DNA of 62,876 nucleotides, counting the filler, from Corallochytrium limacisporum Hawaii (taxonomy: Eukaryota; Protista; Pluriformea), in NCBI GenBank assembly GCA_002811645.1. It is 3 parts of 3 records of this genome, joined end to end, with 100 filler letters (N's around TTAATTAATTAA, not from the genome) between each part and the next. Parts side by side here need not be neighbours in the genome. Positions count along the whole stretch, not along the records: positions 20,993 to 42,770 come from PDIP01000012.1; 2 more parts are not named here. The stretch is one strand, 5' to 3'. The notes below the pieces were generated by a model, which saw only the letters and a list, made by a program, of their open reading frames with translations, was not told the DNA's origin and did no database searches. Shown piece after piece: positions 21,556-33,500 of this stretch (its first letter is position 1; each line of letters begins with the position of its first letter). The position numbers were made by a program, and so were the translations under genes.

Positions 21556-21772
21556 CCAGATAGTGCAGTATCATGCTCGCAATGTGGGCTCAATTCCGAA
21601 TCTCATTGCAAGGCTCATTGAGGACATTTTCATGGTGGTATTCAAAACTACATTCACTCCAACACCGTTCCTGTCCAACCGGCAGAATGTTAAGGGAGGC
21701 TGGTCAAGGCAACAGACGGAAAGGACGAGGAATACGTTCTATGAATTCGAATTGTTACTGCGTAGTACACTC
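21556..21772 (+). repeat. Left inverted repeat (partner 25741-25957)
   Basis: CCAGATAGTGCAGTATCATGCTCGCAATG...CGTAGTACACTC matches the reverse complement of the right copy. Confidence 0.92.
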
Positions 21773-21977
21773 GCGCAAGATACAGGGTAGGGAATCTCCA
21801 GACCCTAAGAAAATTTTTCTATTCATCCAACGCACAGAAGCGTGTCGTTTGCATGTCGTTTGCTAAGGTTCTGCAGATCCCCTACCCTGTATCCTTGCGC
21901 GAGTGTACTACGCAGTAACAATTCGAATTCATAGAACGTATTGCTGCCTACTACACAACCGCTGAAAAGGTTAGGTT

Positions 21978-22595
21978 ACTTTAGTGGGGTGAGGGACCAA
22001 AGTAGTAGTGGTACTATCGGATTCGAGAGGGAATGCTGTTTGTCCATCCATCTATCATTCTTTGGTTGACAGGTTTCCAATAGTAATCGAGCAGTACGAC
22101 CAGGCAATACGCTAGCGAAAAATGAGTACCGTGGTACCAGTACCACCTTTACCTAGGTCCTACGAACGAATGTCGGATCGCACCAGCGTCCACCACCGTA
22201 TCTCCTCGGTTACAGGACTGGGAACCCACAATGGACAGGGACCATACAGAAGAGAATTTCAAAGGGTCTGGCTCCGTGTCTCTCACGCGAAAGTCTTGAC
22301 AGGACGGTCGGCCTTCTCATGATGATGGGCAGTAGAACACGCAGCGATCATTTCTTTACCGATGCCCCCCCCGCCCCTGTACGGAGTAGAACACGCAGCG
22401 ATCATTTCTTTACCGATGCCCCCCGCCCCTGTACGTGGTGTTTCCAATGGTCTAGCATATTTTCGTGTCGTTTGCATATCGTTTGCTAAGGTTCTGCAGA
22501 TCCCTACCCTGTATCTTGCGCGAGTGTACTACGCAGTAACAATTCGAATTCATAGAACGAATTGCTGCCTACTACACAACCGCTGAAAAATGGGG
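21978..22595 (+). repeat. Direct repeat copy A (copy B at 25033-25738, interrupted by the N gap); includes a ~54-bp tandem unit x2 at 22331-22435
   Basis: 21978-22340 matches 25033-25395 (offset 3055); the same 66-aa ORF appears at 22122 and 25177. Confidence 0.9.
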
Positions 22596-23484
22596 AACGT
22601 GAGCCGCCAAATAATCTCTTCGTGCGATCAGACCCCCTCTCTGTCCCACTTTTGCCCCAGCCCCTTTCAATAGCCCGTGTTTGCCCAACCACGTCCCCGA
22701 GTCCAGACATGTTGAACACTGTAAGACGCGAAGGTGGAAGGCGGTGTACCAGTCTTGGATTAATAAACCCACATACATATATGTTTTCCTATAAACCACA
22801 GCCCTGGTAGTAAATAGCATACCAGATCATAAGCCTACGAAAGTTTTGGACTCTTCTAGACAAACACGGAAGACCGCACCCCTTTCGCATAGTCCAGAGG
22901 ATGGTGATCATGCGCTTTGACGTTGTGATGTTTCTAAAACACATTATTCACATGTGCCCACCCTCGTCCCTCACGTGACAGCTTGGAGCAGGATGTTCAG
23001 CATTTGTTTTCGTCTTTGAGTGCAACCGCTCACGACAGCGGTCCCGTAACCTGCGTTCCAGTAGTTTTGGACAGGTAGGAGAATGATATGGCGTTGGTCG
23101 GCGATTCTTACTCTCTTCGTCACATTCTGCACCCCCCCATATGATTCTAGTCAATGTCGTGCCTGCACATACAAGCTAAATTTGCACAGTTTACTTGCGC
23201 AGAAACTCATACCTCGAAGAGAGCAAACGAGCGAATTTGAAGACATGCAAGAGATGCTCCAGTTACAATCGTACTCAATGGGGATAGCAAAAGCTATGCC
23301 TGGCCCATGTGCGGAAACGAAATCCCAGGCTCACCTGTGATGACACTCAGATGGTCTATGAGCAATTGTCACGTGCAAGTAACGATCGAGACGTTCAGAC
23401 TTGTATTTTGTATTTTACACAATGAGTATATACACCACTCTCCGTACCTGTACGTTTGCACCAAGGGAGATTATGCGCTGAGAG

Positions 23485-23493
23485 GTATTTAAG
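23485..23493 (+). promoter_or_regulatory. TATA-like GTATTTAAG
   Basis: 84 nt before ATG 23577; same motif and spacing at other secreted genes. Confidence 0.5.
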
Positions 23494-23576
23494 TAATATC
23501 TAGGAGATTCAGTCTCGTCATTGACCACACAATTTGGTATCGTACGTCAAAGTATTCCCATCAAACAAAGACCACC

Positions 23577-23906
23577 ATGCACTTCAACATCAAGAACATT
23601 GTGCTTGCGCTTACCGCGGTCCCAGCCTGCACAACTATCGTTGCCGGTGCCCCTCTATCCGAGACTATCGTTGCCGGTGCCCCTCTATCCGAGACTATCG
23701 TTGCCGGTGCCCCTGTATCCGAGAATTTTGCCCTTGTATCCGAGATTCTTGCCCACAGATCCGAGGATCTTGCCCACAGATCCGAGGATCTTGCCAACGC
23801 CATGACCAGCGTTGATTCTACGGACCCGGGACAATTACAACAGCTGATCCAGCTGAGCCGTGAAATGCAAAAATACGATGAAAATTTGAGCGTTTGGACC
23901 CCCTGA
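23577..23906 (+). CDS. Small predicted secreted protein with internal tandem repeats (TIVAGAPLSE x3; LAHRSED x2-3)
   Basis: ACCACCATG start context, signal-peptide-like N-terminus, 30-nt x3 (23634-23723) and 21-nt in-frame repeats, GTATTTAAG 84 nt upstream. Confidence 0.65.
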   Translation: MHFNIKNIVLALTAVPACTTIVAGAPLSETIVAGAPLSETIVAGAPVSENFALVSEILAHRSEDLAHRSEDLANAMTSVDSTDPGQLQQLIQLSREMQKYDENLSVWTP

Positions 23907-24413
23907 GCTGATAAAAGTCCAACCTATTGCACACAGTAGTGTTCACACCGAAAACGAGGCTCCCAACAGCTTTGACTCAAGATTGTTTTACTCCCATTTT
24001 TTTTAAATACTTTATAAAATACATCTAAAGTCATTTTTGACATTCAATTTTATTGATTCATATCCAAAGAAAGATACCCCGTCTCAAAATGTTGATTTTC
24101 ATGCTATCCACACTTTGTCGATATATAAGTCTTTAGCAAAAAAAATATTTCTCGACAGCTGCCACTATGCTAAGACGAACCAATGTCTTACAGACCACCA
24201 TGTCGAATTTGATGGCGAAACAGAAGTATCTGAGAGATGTTTCTCGCAGATCATGTCGAAGGGGCCTTCTTGGTGTTTCATGACCAAAGACTGAGTTGGC
24301 TCCCCTTCCCTCCACTGCGACTGCACGAGCCATTGCAAATCCGCAACTTCGCTTCTACAGTCTTCGTTTTCTCGAGTGTATCCGGATCGAGAGTGGGCAC
24401 ACCATAGTCGAGT

Positions 24414-25106
24414 TCAGCCGCCAGAGTCTTGCCGGAAGAAGTTACTCCCGTCATGTTCCAACATTGCCACCATGTTGTTCAAAAGCGTGCGCCAACAACG
24501 TGCAATTGCATCTGAATCTCAGTTATCATAAGCATTCTGAACGTTGCCTACGAGATCACTCAACCTGCGAAGCCGAACACCTCTTGCTCTTGCTCTGGCT
24601 CTGTCCAACGATTTGAAGAGGTCAAGGCCAAGCACATTAAGGTCAGGGCTATATGCAGGCTGTGGAAAGAACACTATCAGAAGGCCCGTGTGTTGTTGCC
24701 ACATCTTGATTGCCGCATACTATTTCCCTCGGAGGGATCCGCTCATTATTCGCTTATGAACACCCGCATTGTCCATCCACAACCTAATAGGTCTGGACTT
24801 GTCCCAATCCTTTGGCCACTTGCGTTCGATGACTGGAAGCAACTTGTTGAGAAGAGCATCGAGAAACATTTCACCATCTACGCTCTGCTGAACTTGCTCG
24901 ATTACTATCGCAAAAAAAATCGATCCATCAGGACTCAAAAGATCAGCCATCACAAAGTTGGTATAATTCAACACACAATCGCGTACCATTAATGTTCGCG
25001 TTTTTGTTTGCCACATGTTCCATTCTGATAGAACTTTAGTGGGGTGAGGGACCAAAGTAGTAGTGGTACTATCGGATTCGAGAGGGAATGCTGTTTGTCC
25101 ATCCAT
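24414..25106 (-). pseudogene. Mariner-type (plant/oomycete DD39D-like) transposase remnant
   Basis: One frame reads LLPVIERKWP...IRLWMDNAGVH...*...QPAYSPDLNVLGLDLF...AYDN*DSDAIARCW...GSNFF; in-frame stops at 24720 and 24519; third catalytic Asp position is Gly. Confidence 0.82.
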
Positions 25107-25395
25107 CTATCATTCTTTGGTTGACAGGTTTCCAATAGTAATCGAGCAGTACGACCAGGCAATACGCTAGCGAAAAATGAGTACCGTGGTACCAGTACCA
25201 CCTTTACCTAGGTCCTACGAACGAATGTCGGATCGCACCAGCGTCCACCACCGTATCTCCTCGGTTACAGGACTGGGAACCCACAATGGACAGGGACCAT
25301 ACAGAAGAGAATTTCAAAGGGTCTGGCTCCGTGTCTCTCACGCGAAAGTCTTGACAGGACGGTCGGCCTTCTCATGATGATGGGCAGTAGAACAC

Positions 25396-25594
25396 NNNNN
25401 NNNNNNNNNNNNNNNNNNNNNNNNNNNNNNNNNNNNNNNNNNNNNNNNNNNNNNNNNNNNNNNNNNNNNNNNNNNNNNNNNNNNNNNNNNNNNNNNNNNN
25501 NNNNNNNNNNNNNNNNNNNNNNNNNNNNNNNNNNNNNNNNNNNNNNNNNNNNNNNNNNNNNNNNNNNNNNNNNNNNNNNNNNNNNNNNNNNNNN
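25396..25594. other. Assembly gap (199 N), probably an unresolved array of the ~54-bp unit
   Basis: The two flanks (AGTAGAACAC / GCAGCGATCA) are contiguous in the copy at 22331-22350. Confidence 0.75.
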
Positions 25595-25740
25595 GCAGCG
25601 ATCATTTCTTTACCGATGCCCCCCCCGCCCCTGTACGTGGTGTTTCCAATGGTCTAGCATATTTTCAGGTCCCACGCAGTAACAATTCGAATTCATAGAA
25701 CGTATTGCTGCCTACTACACAACCGCTGAAAAATGGGGGA

Positions 25741-25957
25741 GAGTGTACTACGCAGTAACAATTCGAATTCATAGAACGTATTCCTCGTCCTTTCCGTCTG
25801 TTGCCTTGACCAGCCTCCCTTAACATTCTGCCGGTTGGACAGGAACGGTGTTGGAGTGAATGTAGTTTTGAATACCACCATGAAAATGTCCTCAATGAGC
25901 CTTGCAATGAGATTCGGAATTGGGCCCACATTGCGAGCATGATACTGCACTATCTGG
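25741..25957 (-). repeat. Right inverted repeat (partner 21556-21772)
   Basis: Direct sequence comparison; near-identical spurious ORFs appear on opposite strands in the ORF track. Confidence 0.92.
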
Positions 25958-27969
25958 TCGGCGAGGAATTGTTTTATACCGTGGTATATATTAATTGTAA
26001 TGAATCTACTATCCTACCTGTGTACACATCATGCAGTCAAATATATAAGAACAGGTGACAGGAGACGAACGGCCGAAGATCTGTCAGTTGGCAAAACATA
26101 AGATAACGAACGAGATTGAAAAGGGCATCATCGAGTGGGCAGACAATGCCCACTGGTCTATTCGTACCTTCTTGGTACCACGGTACCAAATTGGAACGCA
26201 TTCTTTTCCCACCTACTGCTTTCGGTAAGAAAGTTTTTGTAGCCCTCCTGGCAGTAGTCAGGTCGTGGTCTGCAACATTGTTGTTCGCTAATCGTAAAAC
26301 CACCACTCTGTGAAAACATGTTTCAGATCAGCGAGAGTGTTTTCTCACTTAGTCCCCTCCCCCACAACTCCCAATAGCACTGACTGCGGGGTGTCGCTGG
26401 GTATCGACGGGTAGACTTTCAGTACATTCGGTTTAAGGAATGGGGTTACTATCTTTAGGATAGGATGAGAAGAACTTTGCCACCCACACGCAGTGACCCG
26501 AAAAGCTACACCTCCTTGTATGGTACCACGGGTATCAGAATGTTAATATCTACTTACCCTATTTCACTGGAAAACTTGTAAGTCACAACCTATTGTCCAT
26601 CAGCTATACTGCCAACAGCAAAAATAATCTAAAGAACCTTTCTACAACAACGCAGGCAACAAATTGCAATCTTTGGAACCGAGTCGCATTGCTAGTCGAG
26701 ATGTATTCGCTAGTTGGTTGACTGTCAATAGACATGGCAGTTAAGTTAGCTTGCTTCCTTACTCTACCCATTTTGGATCACCATGAAAATTGGTAGTATG
26801 ATTGTTTCGGGTGTAATGCCATGGTGCATTCACAAGAGTCGCTGTGCTTCAGATGAAGATGAAGGCCAGTGATCTTAACTCACTGTCACGTGCAACAAAC
26901 ATCCTAAAAACATCCAAGTGACAGTATACAGCGCCTAGAGCATGATTCGCTCGAATCGAGTGCGCCCGGACTCGTCCACATAGCCAGATGCCGGATACGT
27001 GTTCTTAACGCGGAGCCCAAGAAGTTCGAGTGATTATGGGCAATTACACAGGGTTTGATTTCTCATGCCTCTTCAAAGGTGTTGCTAGCGCTGTTATTCA
27101 TGGTAACTGTGGCTGTCTGGTCGGCTTTGGTGTCGTCTGTCCAGCGGAGTGTCTGTGAGGCCCTTCTCCGCGAGGAAAACGTAGTCAATGAGAAGGCTCT
27201 TGGAAGAGTCACTACTAAGGATAAGTAAGGGAGTTTTTATTGAGAATCTGTGGCGTTGTGGCGTCGCATATGCACGGCAGTCTGAAGTTGCTTCGGCTGT
27301 GGCACACCGAGAGAAGGGGAGGCTCGAACACTAACAGATTACCAGTGCGCGACATTCTCGAAGTTCACCAGCATGCTATACACCAGAATCCCGGTTCCTG
27401 CCTGGGGATGGACAGTCTGGGGCCAAACACGTTCCTCGATGGTGTGTCGGAAGGGACACATCCCGTCCTAGCGGTCTCCCTGACCCCCGTACTCCTCACT
27501 GCTCCCCGTAGTTGGATGCTCTGCATATCCACTTCAAGCGCACTGCTCTCAAACCCAAGTACCCTGTCACGACATTGACCTTCGTATGTCGAGGCTTTAA
27601 GTCGTTCTATATATATATGAATCTTTGGTTACTGTAGTATGGTTACATGTCACCAGTATAGGTTTAATATAGAAGTATCCATAGCATGGGAGTCAAAGAA
27701 AGACGGGAACAGGGGTACCGGACTGGCCCTGAGCTACTGGCCCACCCACGACCGCAGTACGGTGGTATCACTGGTTCTGTTACTGCTCGCTGTGGCTCAT
27801 GTGAATACTGTTTGTCACACCATTGCCTTCGTGTGCACTTCTTGTACATCAGATATAGCCTTCCCCAAGGTTTGGGCACCCTTCATACCCTTCACGAATT
27901 TAACCAGTACTTCACATTAATTTTATCAGGCATCTTGCTTTGAAGGTCGTTAGGTGCCGTTACAATAAT

Positions 27970-28670
27970 TTACCACCTCTTGGGATCTATGGGTTCGTCA
28001 GCTCGGTCGACACATTAACCATGTTCACCCTCTGTATAAGTACGACACCAGCCTCCGACACACTCCATGTCCCACTCGCACTCATCATCGTGGGCTCCAA
28101 GGTGAGGGTTGTCTCCATTGGGAGCACAATAGCCGTTGGTGCACTTTTCGCTCCAACACTCTTCGTCCAATGTACACTCAGCGTTGATGCGAAGCGACAT
28201 ATTAGTGGGTTGGTAAGTGTCAGGGATCGGGATACATGTGTTTCCATCGCAGCATTCCCCTGAAGATTCGCACTGCTGGTTAACCTCCTTGCACACAAAG
28301 GGCTGACAAGTGCCTAAGATCTGGTTACAGACGTTTTCGTTGCAGCATTCCAATGAAGATTTGCACAGCTCGTCAACAATGCCACATGCAAGGCTGGAAT
28401 CCTGGTCGTATATGTTCTAGTTGGGCCATCCACCTCCAGGACTGCCATCCAGGTAGAGATCTAGGTCAGTAACCGCATCAGTGGGTGTAATGACCATCTT
28501 GAAAACACCCAACTGCCAGTGTCCGCTCCAGAGGATGATGCGCTCGAAACGGGTGTACCCAAGTTCGTCTTCGTAGCCAGGTATCGCCCCCTGGTCTTGG
28601 ATCTTTTCTGGTCCGAAATTGTGTTTTGCCAATAGCATCTGATGGATCTGGCCACCAAAACTGCAATAGT
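27970..28670 (-). pseudogene. Cys-rich extracellular protein remnant (C-x6-C-x5-CC knottin/Dickkopf-like modules)
   Basis: ORFs 28417-28638 and 28015-28353 share a frame and are separated by an in-frame TAG; further TAA at 28015 followed by CVDRAD; repeats such as CKSSLECC, CESSGECC, CTLDEECWSEKC. Confidence 0.6.
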
Positions 28671-31063
28671 ATTACCTATCATAGCCTTTCGATTGGCCTT
28701 TCCGGACTAGGTACTTCCTAATTTATCTTTGCCGCCAACGGGCTGATCAGTACGTTCAATGGGTACGCAAGAGTGGCATGACTTTTAACAGATGCTGCCC
28801 GGTGTCCGCATATTATGCGCCTCCGATGTTCGCATTTCAAGACATCGCACTGTATTGCACAACGGATAGCACATGGCTTCAGATTGAATTTGGAAAGCGG
28901 AACCAAGAAATTGTGCTGGGTAGATAGAGGAGACCGTACCATGGTGACAGTTTCTCACACTGCTGTGTTAAGAGCAAAGTTTCTTAAGTGGCAGTTTTCA
29001 TAACAGAGGAAGGACGCCAATATGTTCCGCCCTGGACAATGTTTCTTACGCAACTGTGAATGGACCCTTCCTTTTGACCTTATGGGGAGGGAGGAAGGTG
29101 GCTGTCCCTATGGCTCCAAAGGGGGGTTTGGTGCTTTTATTTCCCAAGCAGTGGCCAAACACTTGTATGACGCATACCTACGGCTTCATTTGTTCCTTGT
29201 GAACGATTTTACCTTAGATTTAACTTTGCAGAATATTCTGTTCACACGTAGTACAGCCGCCCCAAACCACCACTCATCGTCGTCTTCTTTGGACACCTCT
29301 TTGGCCTCCGGGGTCAATGGTCAGAATGGCGTTACTCAGTCATTCCCGCTACCGAGGGGGGGGGGACCCCGAGCACGGAGGAGAGAAGGGAGACCCACTA
29401 CAGTGGGTCGCCCTGGTCCCCAGAGTTCCCTCCGCCTACGGTGGGGACGGGTCCCGTAAATTTTAACCGGCCGGCACGAAAATGGAGAAAATCCTGGCTC
29501 ACGGCAACATGATCATTAGCGGTGCCTCGGTGAGGACCCTCTCGCTCATGTTGGGAATTTGTAGACGCTTGACTGGCGGTACCTTGGGGATTACAATGGG
29601 AAGATGGAATAACACCAGATATATACCTGTAGGCGCAAGGTCTTGAGATTGACATCGCGACACTAGTTGTGTGGGCGGCTCCTTCCTTGTCATATTAAGC
29701 CGGTAACCGCCGCGGTACACTGCATGTTCATTCTATAGAACTGTGCAACCCAACAGTAGAGAGTGTAGATAGAAGTGGTGGCTTGGATCTTTGTCTTAGG
29801 GGTCTGTCTGCCTCTTTGGGGCCATGGGAGAAGGACGGGGTGGAGCAACTGTTGACATCCCATGGCCGAGTTTTGCAGATTGCTGTACTCCTGCGATAAG
29901 GTTGCGTCCGAAACTTGATACGACAGTACGATTTGTTACCTGTGCGATCGAGTCCGGCCCGGAGGGAAAAAACAATGGTACATGTACCTAGGTGCCTTTG
30001 GATGCCTTTAGATCGAAAAGTAAATGGGCAAACGATTTAGTTCCCAGTCATTTGTCACTTCTGACCATGGGGGAAACAGGGTTTCGTCTGGAATAGCAAT
30101 GCCCATGGGCTGGGAACTGGTTGTGAGGGGAAAAATGACGTACACTTGGAAGCAGCTAAGGAGAGCCAACGATTCCATGACAGCAGAGGATGGCGCCCAC
30201 AACAGAGCGCAGGTTATCCTGTTTCGTCATTGCACTCTTTCCATCTGCTACGATGATCACTCTTGCTACTAGGTCTGTTCTATGCCTCTCATCTCTCTAG
30301 TCATCGGAAGTCATTACGATTTCCGAGCCTCATACAAAGTCAAGTCAGACATTGAAGATTGCGGTTCCTGCATGGTGGGTATAGCAAGTACAGAATGATC
30401 CAATGTACGCAAGTGAAGTTCCTGCATGCGCACCTCAATACGTGCAGGATGGTGATGAGTCAGCACAAAGGCTCACCCTTCTCCGAGAAAGGGAAAGGGC
30501 AGCTTCAACAGTCTGGCAATGCAACGATTTGAAGGTCAATCCACGACATTGGGGTCAGGGAAGAGTAATCATACAAGGAAAGCAGTTTCAATGCTGGCAT
30601 GCAGGGAACACATCACTTTGATCAATGAGGGATTGCAATGGGAAGTTTCTCAACCATCAATCGCTGGTTTGTAGAACAAGTGATATTTTGGATGGACAGG
30701 GCAATCCCTTGGGTTCCCGAGTCCGAGAACCTTCAAGGTTGTGAACAACCCTGACAGGCTCAAACCCATTCTCCCGCCCTGAGAACTGCAGGTGAACGAT
30801 GGATCCACACGGTGCACAAGTCCACGCTTTACCGCAGTCAATGCTGTTGTCGTTTTCAATACCTCACTGCATCTTTCAAATATACTGATCAACAGAGAAG
30901 TTCGATGCCGACTAACAATTCCAAAGAAAGTCAGGGTCACACTTGACGGCCATTGCGACCCAGTTCCGCCCCAGGGTACTTGAAGATCGGTTGATCACTA
31001 CGAGAATACGACCATTTCTGCATATACAGCGCTACTAGCAAAGAAATACACTTCAGGACCACA

Positions 31064-32457
31064 ATGAAACTAACTATCCTTCAGTTTACTGCCATCGCCT
31101 TTGCTTTCATTGCAAAGCCCATCCAGGCGGCTCCGTCAGACAATGACATCTTCCCGACAACTCTTCCGATTCTCCCCCCGCCCAAGGTCCAAGCTTTGGG
31201 GTCTGCGGCCTGGACAGAGGACCCCCCGAAGGAGCCTTTCTGTTCACCACCCCATGACATCTGTGACCTGAGCCTATTGCAGTTGGGCCGTGACCACCAA
31301 AGTTTCAATTTGGCACTTGGTGTAAACTGTGACATGACCCCAATCGCTGTGGAATACGTTTCCCAGAAGCACAATCTGGAGGAATTCATTCTCCAATTTC
31401 TCGGCAACTTCAATATGGTACCAACACCAGTGGAAAACCCATGGGAAAAAATAGTGCCTGGTGGGCCACCAATGCCAAGATGAACATTCTGTGGGGTCCC
31501 CTCCTGCAGGCACCCTTCTTTGACCCAGACGTACGAGCAGACGATCTGGAGGTTTACAAGCAACGGCTCTTTTCCGTGATCCAGGGGACTGATGAAACCC
31601 CATGCGCGACTTCAGAGTACGAACAAGCCGATGGCGTTCCGTACGGTATTGGCTTTCCGCTCTATGACAGCTACAACGGTGTAGATACTCCAACCCCAGC
31701 GTCCGTTCGAAGCACCTGGTGGACAATGGACTACACGCGTAGTCCAATGCATGCACAATACGACATGAACACGAACGCGTCGCCGTCGTGCGACAAGGAG
31801 ACCTTTTCCTACAATCAAGCCGTGTCTAAAACGACCAGTGCCACAAGTAGCCACTCAATTTCTGAAGAGTTTGAGTTCGACTTTGAAAGCAAGACCACAG
31901 CTGAAGTGAATGCGAAGTTTATGGGCATCGGAGCAAGCATGAAGGAAGAAATCACAGTAGGGTTCTCCAATACCATTGCGGCCTCCTGGAGCGAGTCTTC
32001 CACTGTCACCCATTCTACCACCACTGCTGTATCCAACAAATACGAAGCTAAGCTTCCTCCTTATGCTGTGTCCAACATCACACAGTATGTGGACCAAGTT
32101 CACGCAACTCTGGGATACACGAACGATGTCCGATATAATGATTCCCAGCCTGTCAAGACGTACACTTCTTTGCAGAAGCAAGCCCATTTTGGTCATAGCA
32201 ACCACACTGCCACCATGGGTGAGGTAAAGGAGTTGGTCATTGAGGCCGCTGACTTGCTTGGTGTGAAGTTTTCCGAGTTCTTCGAGGATGTCATCACAAC
32301 AGCCTCAATCTCAGGGAAAGCAGCTACAACACAGGGTATGGCAGTAAGCACTCTCCACAATGGCTGTGACCTTAATGCTGTTCACAGTGGTCATCTGCCA
32401 CCAAACGAATGCACTGATCTGGAGGCTCTAGCCTATCCGCCACGAAAGGGCTGTTAG
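31064..32457 (+). pseudogene. Secreted aerolysin/ETX-MTX2-like beta-pore-forming protein, paralog 1 (single frameshift near 31414-31440)
   Basis: Signal peptide plus N-terminal part in ORF 31064 and remainder in ORF 31441; colinear with the intact paralog at 37971-39281; Ser/Thr-rich alternating hairpin SHSISEEFEFDFESKTTAEVNAKFMGIGASMKEEITVGFS. Confidence 0.75.
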
Positions 32458-32835
32458 GAATTGTACCATGAGAACGCCAAGGACTTTTTTTAAACATGCT
32501 AAAACTTGGTTGCCACTTATCTCTGCTTTATGAATATTCTGATCCAGAGTATGCACTGAGTGCAGCTAGCTCATAGATCCATTTGTGCGGAGAATCACTT
32601 CAACTGTTCATTTACCATCCGTAGAATCCGACGGGTACTAGATCTGTTTTCTGGCCTGTTGCACTCGGAGATCTCCAATATGCAAGCTTACCAAGTCCGA
32701 TCGAAGTGTCTCCCAGGTGTTTTATTCATGAATTTTCCAAACTACTAAATTGTCAAGTAAATGTCAGGCCCGAAGGTGCCGAGAATACACGATTACGGAC
32801 TAAGATTCGTGAGAAGAGGGAGGGATCCGCTCGAT

Positions 32836-33357
32836 TCAAACCTGCGTACACGTCACATTGAAGTAGAGTGTAGCAAAGAAATTGGAGGTGCCGTCAGCCG
32901 TGGAAGAAAACTCACGGTGCTCCCCGACAACAGTCATATTTTTCATCACTGAAGGAAGTTGAGTCAAGGAGATGTTGCCGGTGAAACTGTCCCAATCTTT
33001 GTCATCACACTCATTCTCAGGTGAAGCCACAAAGGAGTCAGGCCATTGCAGGTCGACATACCACCACGGCACCTCTCCTGCGGAGACTTGAACGGCCAAG
33101 TCAACACCGTCTATGGATGGATTACTTTCGTGACATGGGCAGCTCCCTAAGGAAGCTGCGCCCCCGTAGCCAACCTGCAGCCCATCTGAAGACTTGCACC
33201 TGTGATACGATGGTTCATCATTGTTCTTGGATTGTCCAGTTTTAACTTGGTGGGCAGTAACTTCCGCCTTCTGGCATGTCACCTGTGGGGCAGAAACTGC
33301 ATGGGAAGAGGCAAATAGAGTCATTGCCATGGCGAGAATACAGTTAATGCAGCGCAT
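32836..33357 (-). CDS. Small secreted Cys-containing beta-rich protein of unknown function (upstream in-frame ATG at 33411)
   Basis: Signal peptide MRCINCILAMAMTLFASSHA; six Cys in the mature part; N-glycosylation sequons; GTATTTAAG upstream. Confidence 0.7.
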   Translation of the reverse strand: MRCINCILAMAMTLFASSHAVSAPQVTCQKAEVTAHQVKTGQSKNNDEPSYHRCKSSDGLQVGYGGAASLGSCPCHESNPSIDGVDLAVQVSAGEVPWWYVDLQWPDSFVASPENECDDKDWDSFTGNISLTQLPSVMKNMTVVGEHREFSSTADGTSNFFATLYFNVTCTQV

Positions 33358-33491
33358 TGTGGATGTAGACAACTTTTTTGGTGTCGTTGCTACCTTATCA
33401 AGTGGCACCATTTCTTTGTCAAAGCCAAAGTCTAGCAGTCATAGCAGTAAGATCCGTTGTACGATCATCAGAGCATGAAAATTGGACTGCA

Positions 33492-33500
33492 CTTAAATAC
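33492..33500 (-). promoter_or_regulatory. TATA-like GTATTTAAG
   Basis: 81 nt before ATG 33411. Confidence 0.5.

Larger units (their letters stand above)
21556..25957. mobile_element. Decayed, rearranged DNA transposon (Tc1/mariner/IS630 superfamily) bounded by ~217-bp inverted repeats
   Basis: 21556-21772 is the near-perfect reverse complement of 25741-25957; internal transposase remnant; internal direct repeat and repeated subterminal motif. Confidence 0.7.

Noticed and set aside
21731-25782. Repeated ~50-120-bp motif as a CRISPR-like array
   Set aside because: Irregular spacing, mixed orientation, no unique equal-length spacers and no cas genes; part of the transposon ends
27970-28670. 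Alternative genetic code (TAA/TAG read as Gln) to explain in-frame stops
   Set aside because: Conserved genes in the window end at TAA, TAG and TGA at the expected positions and contain no internal stops
31428-31453. Programmed -1 frameshift at GGAAAAC or GGGAAAAAA in toxin paralog 1
   Set aside because: Not in the canonical X XXY YYZ phase; alignment to the paralogs places the lesion upstream of the A6 run, and the paralogs are contiguous there
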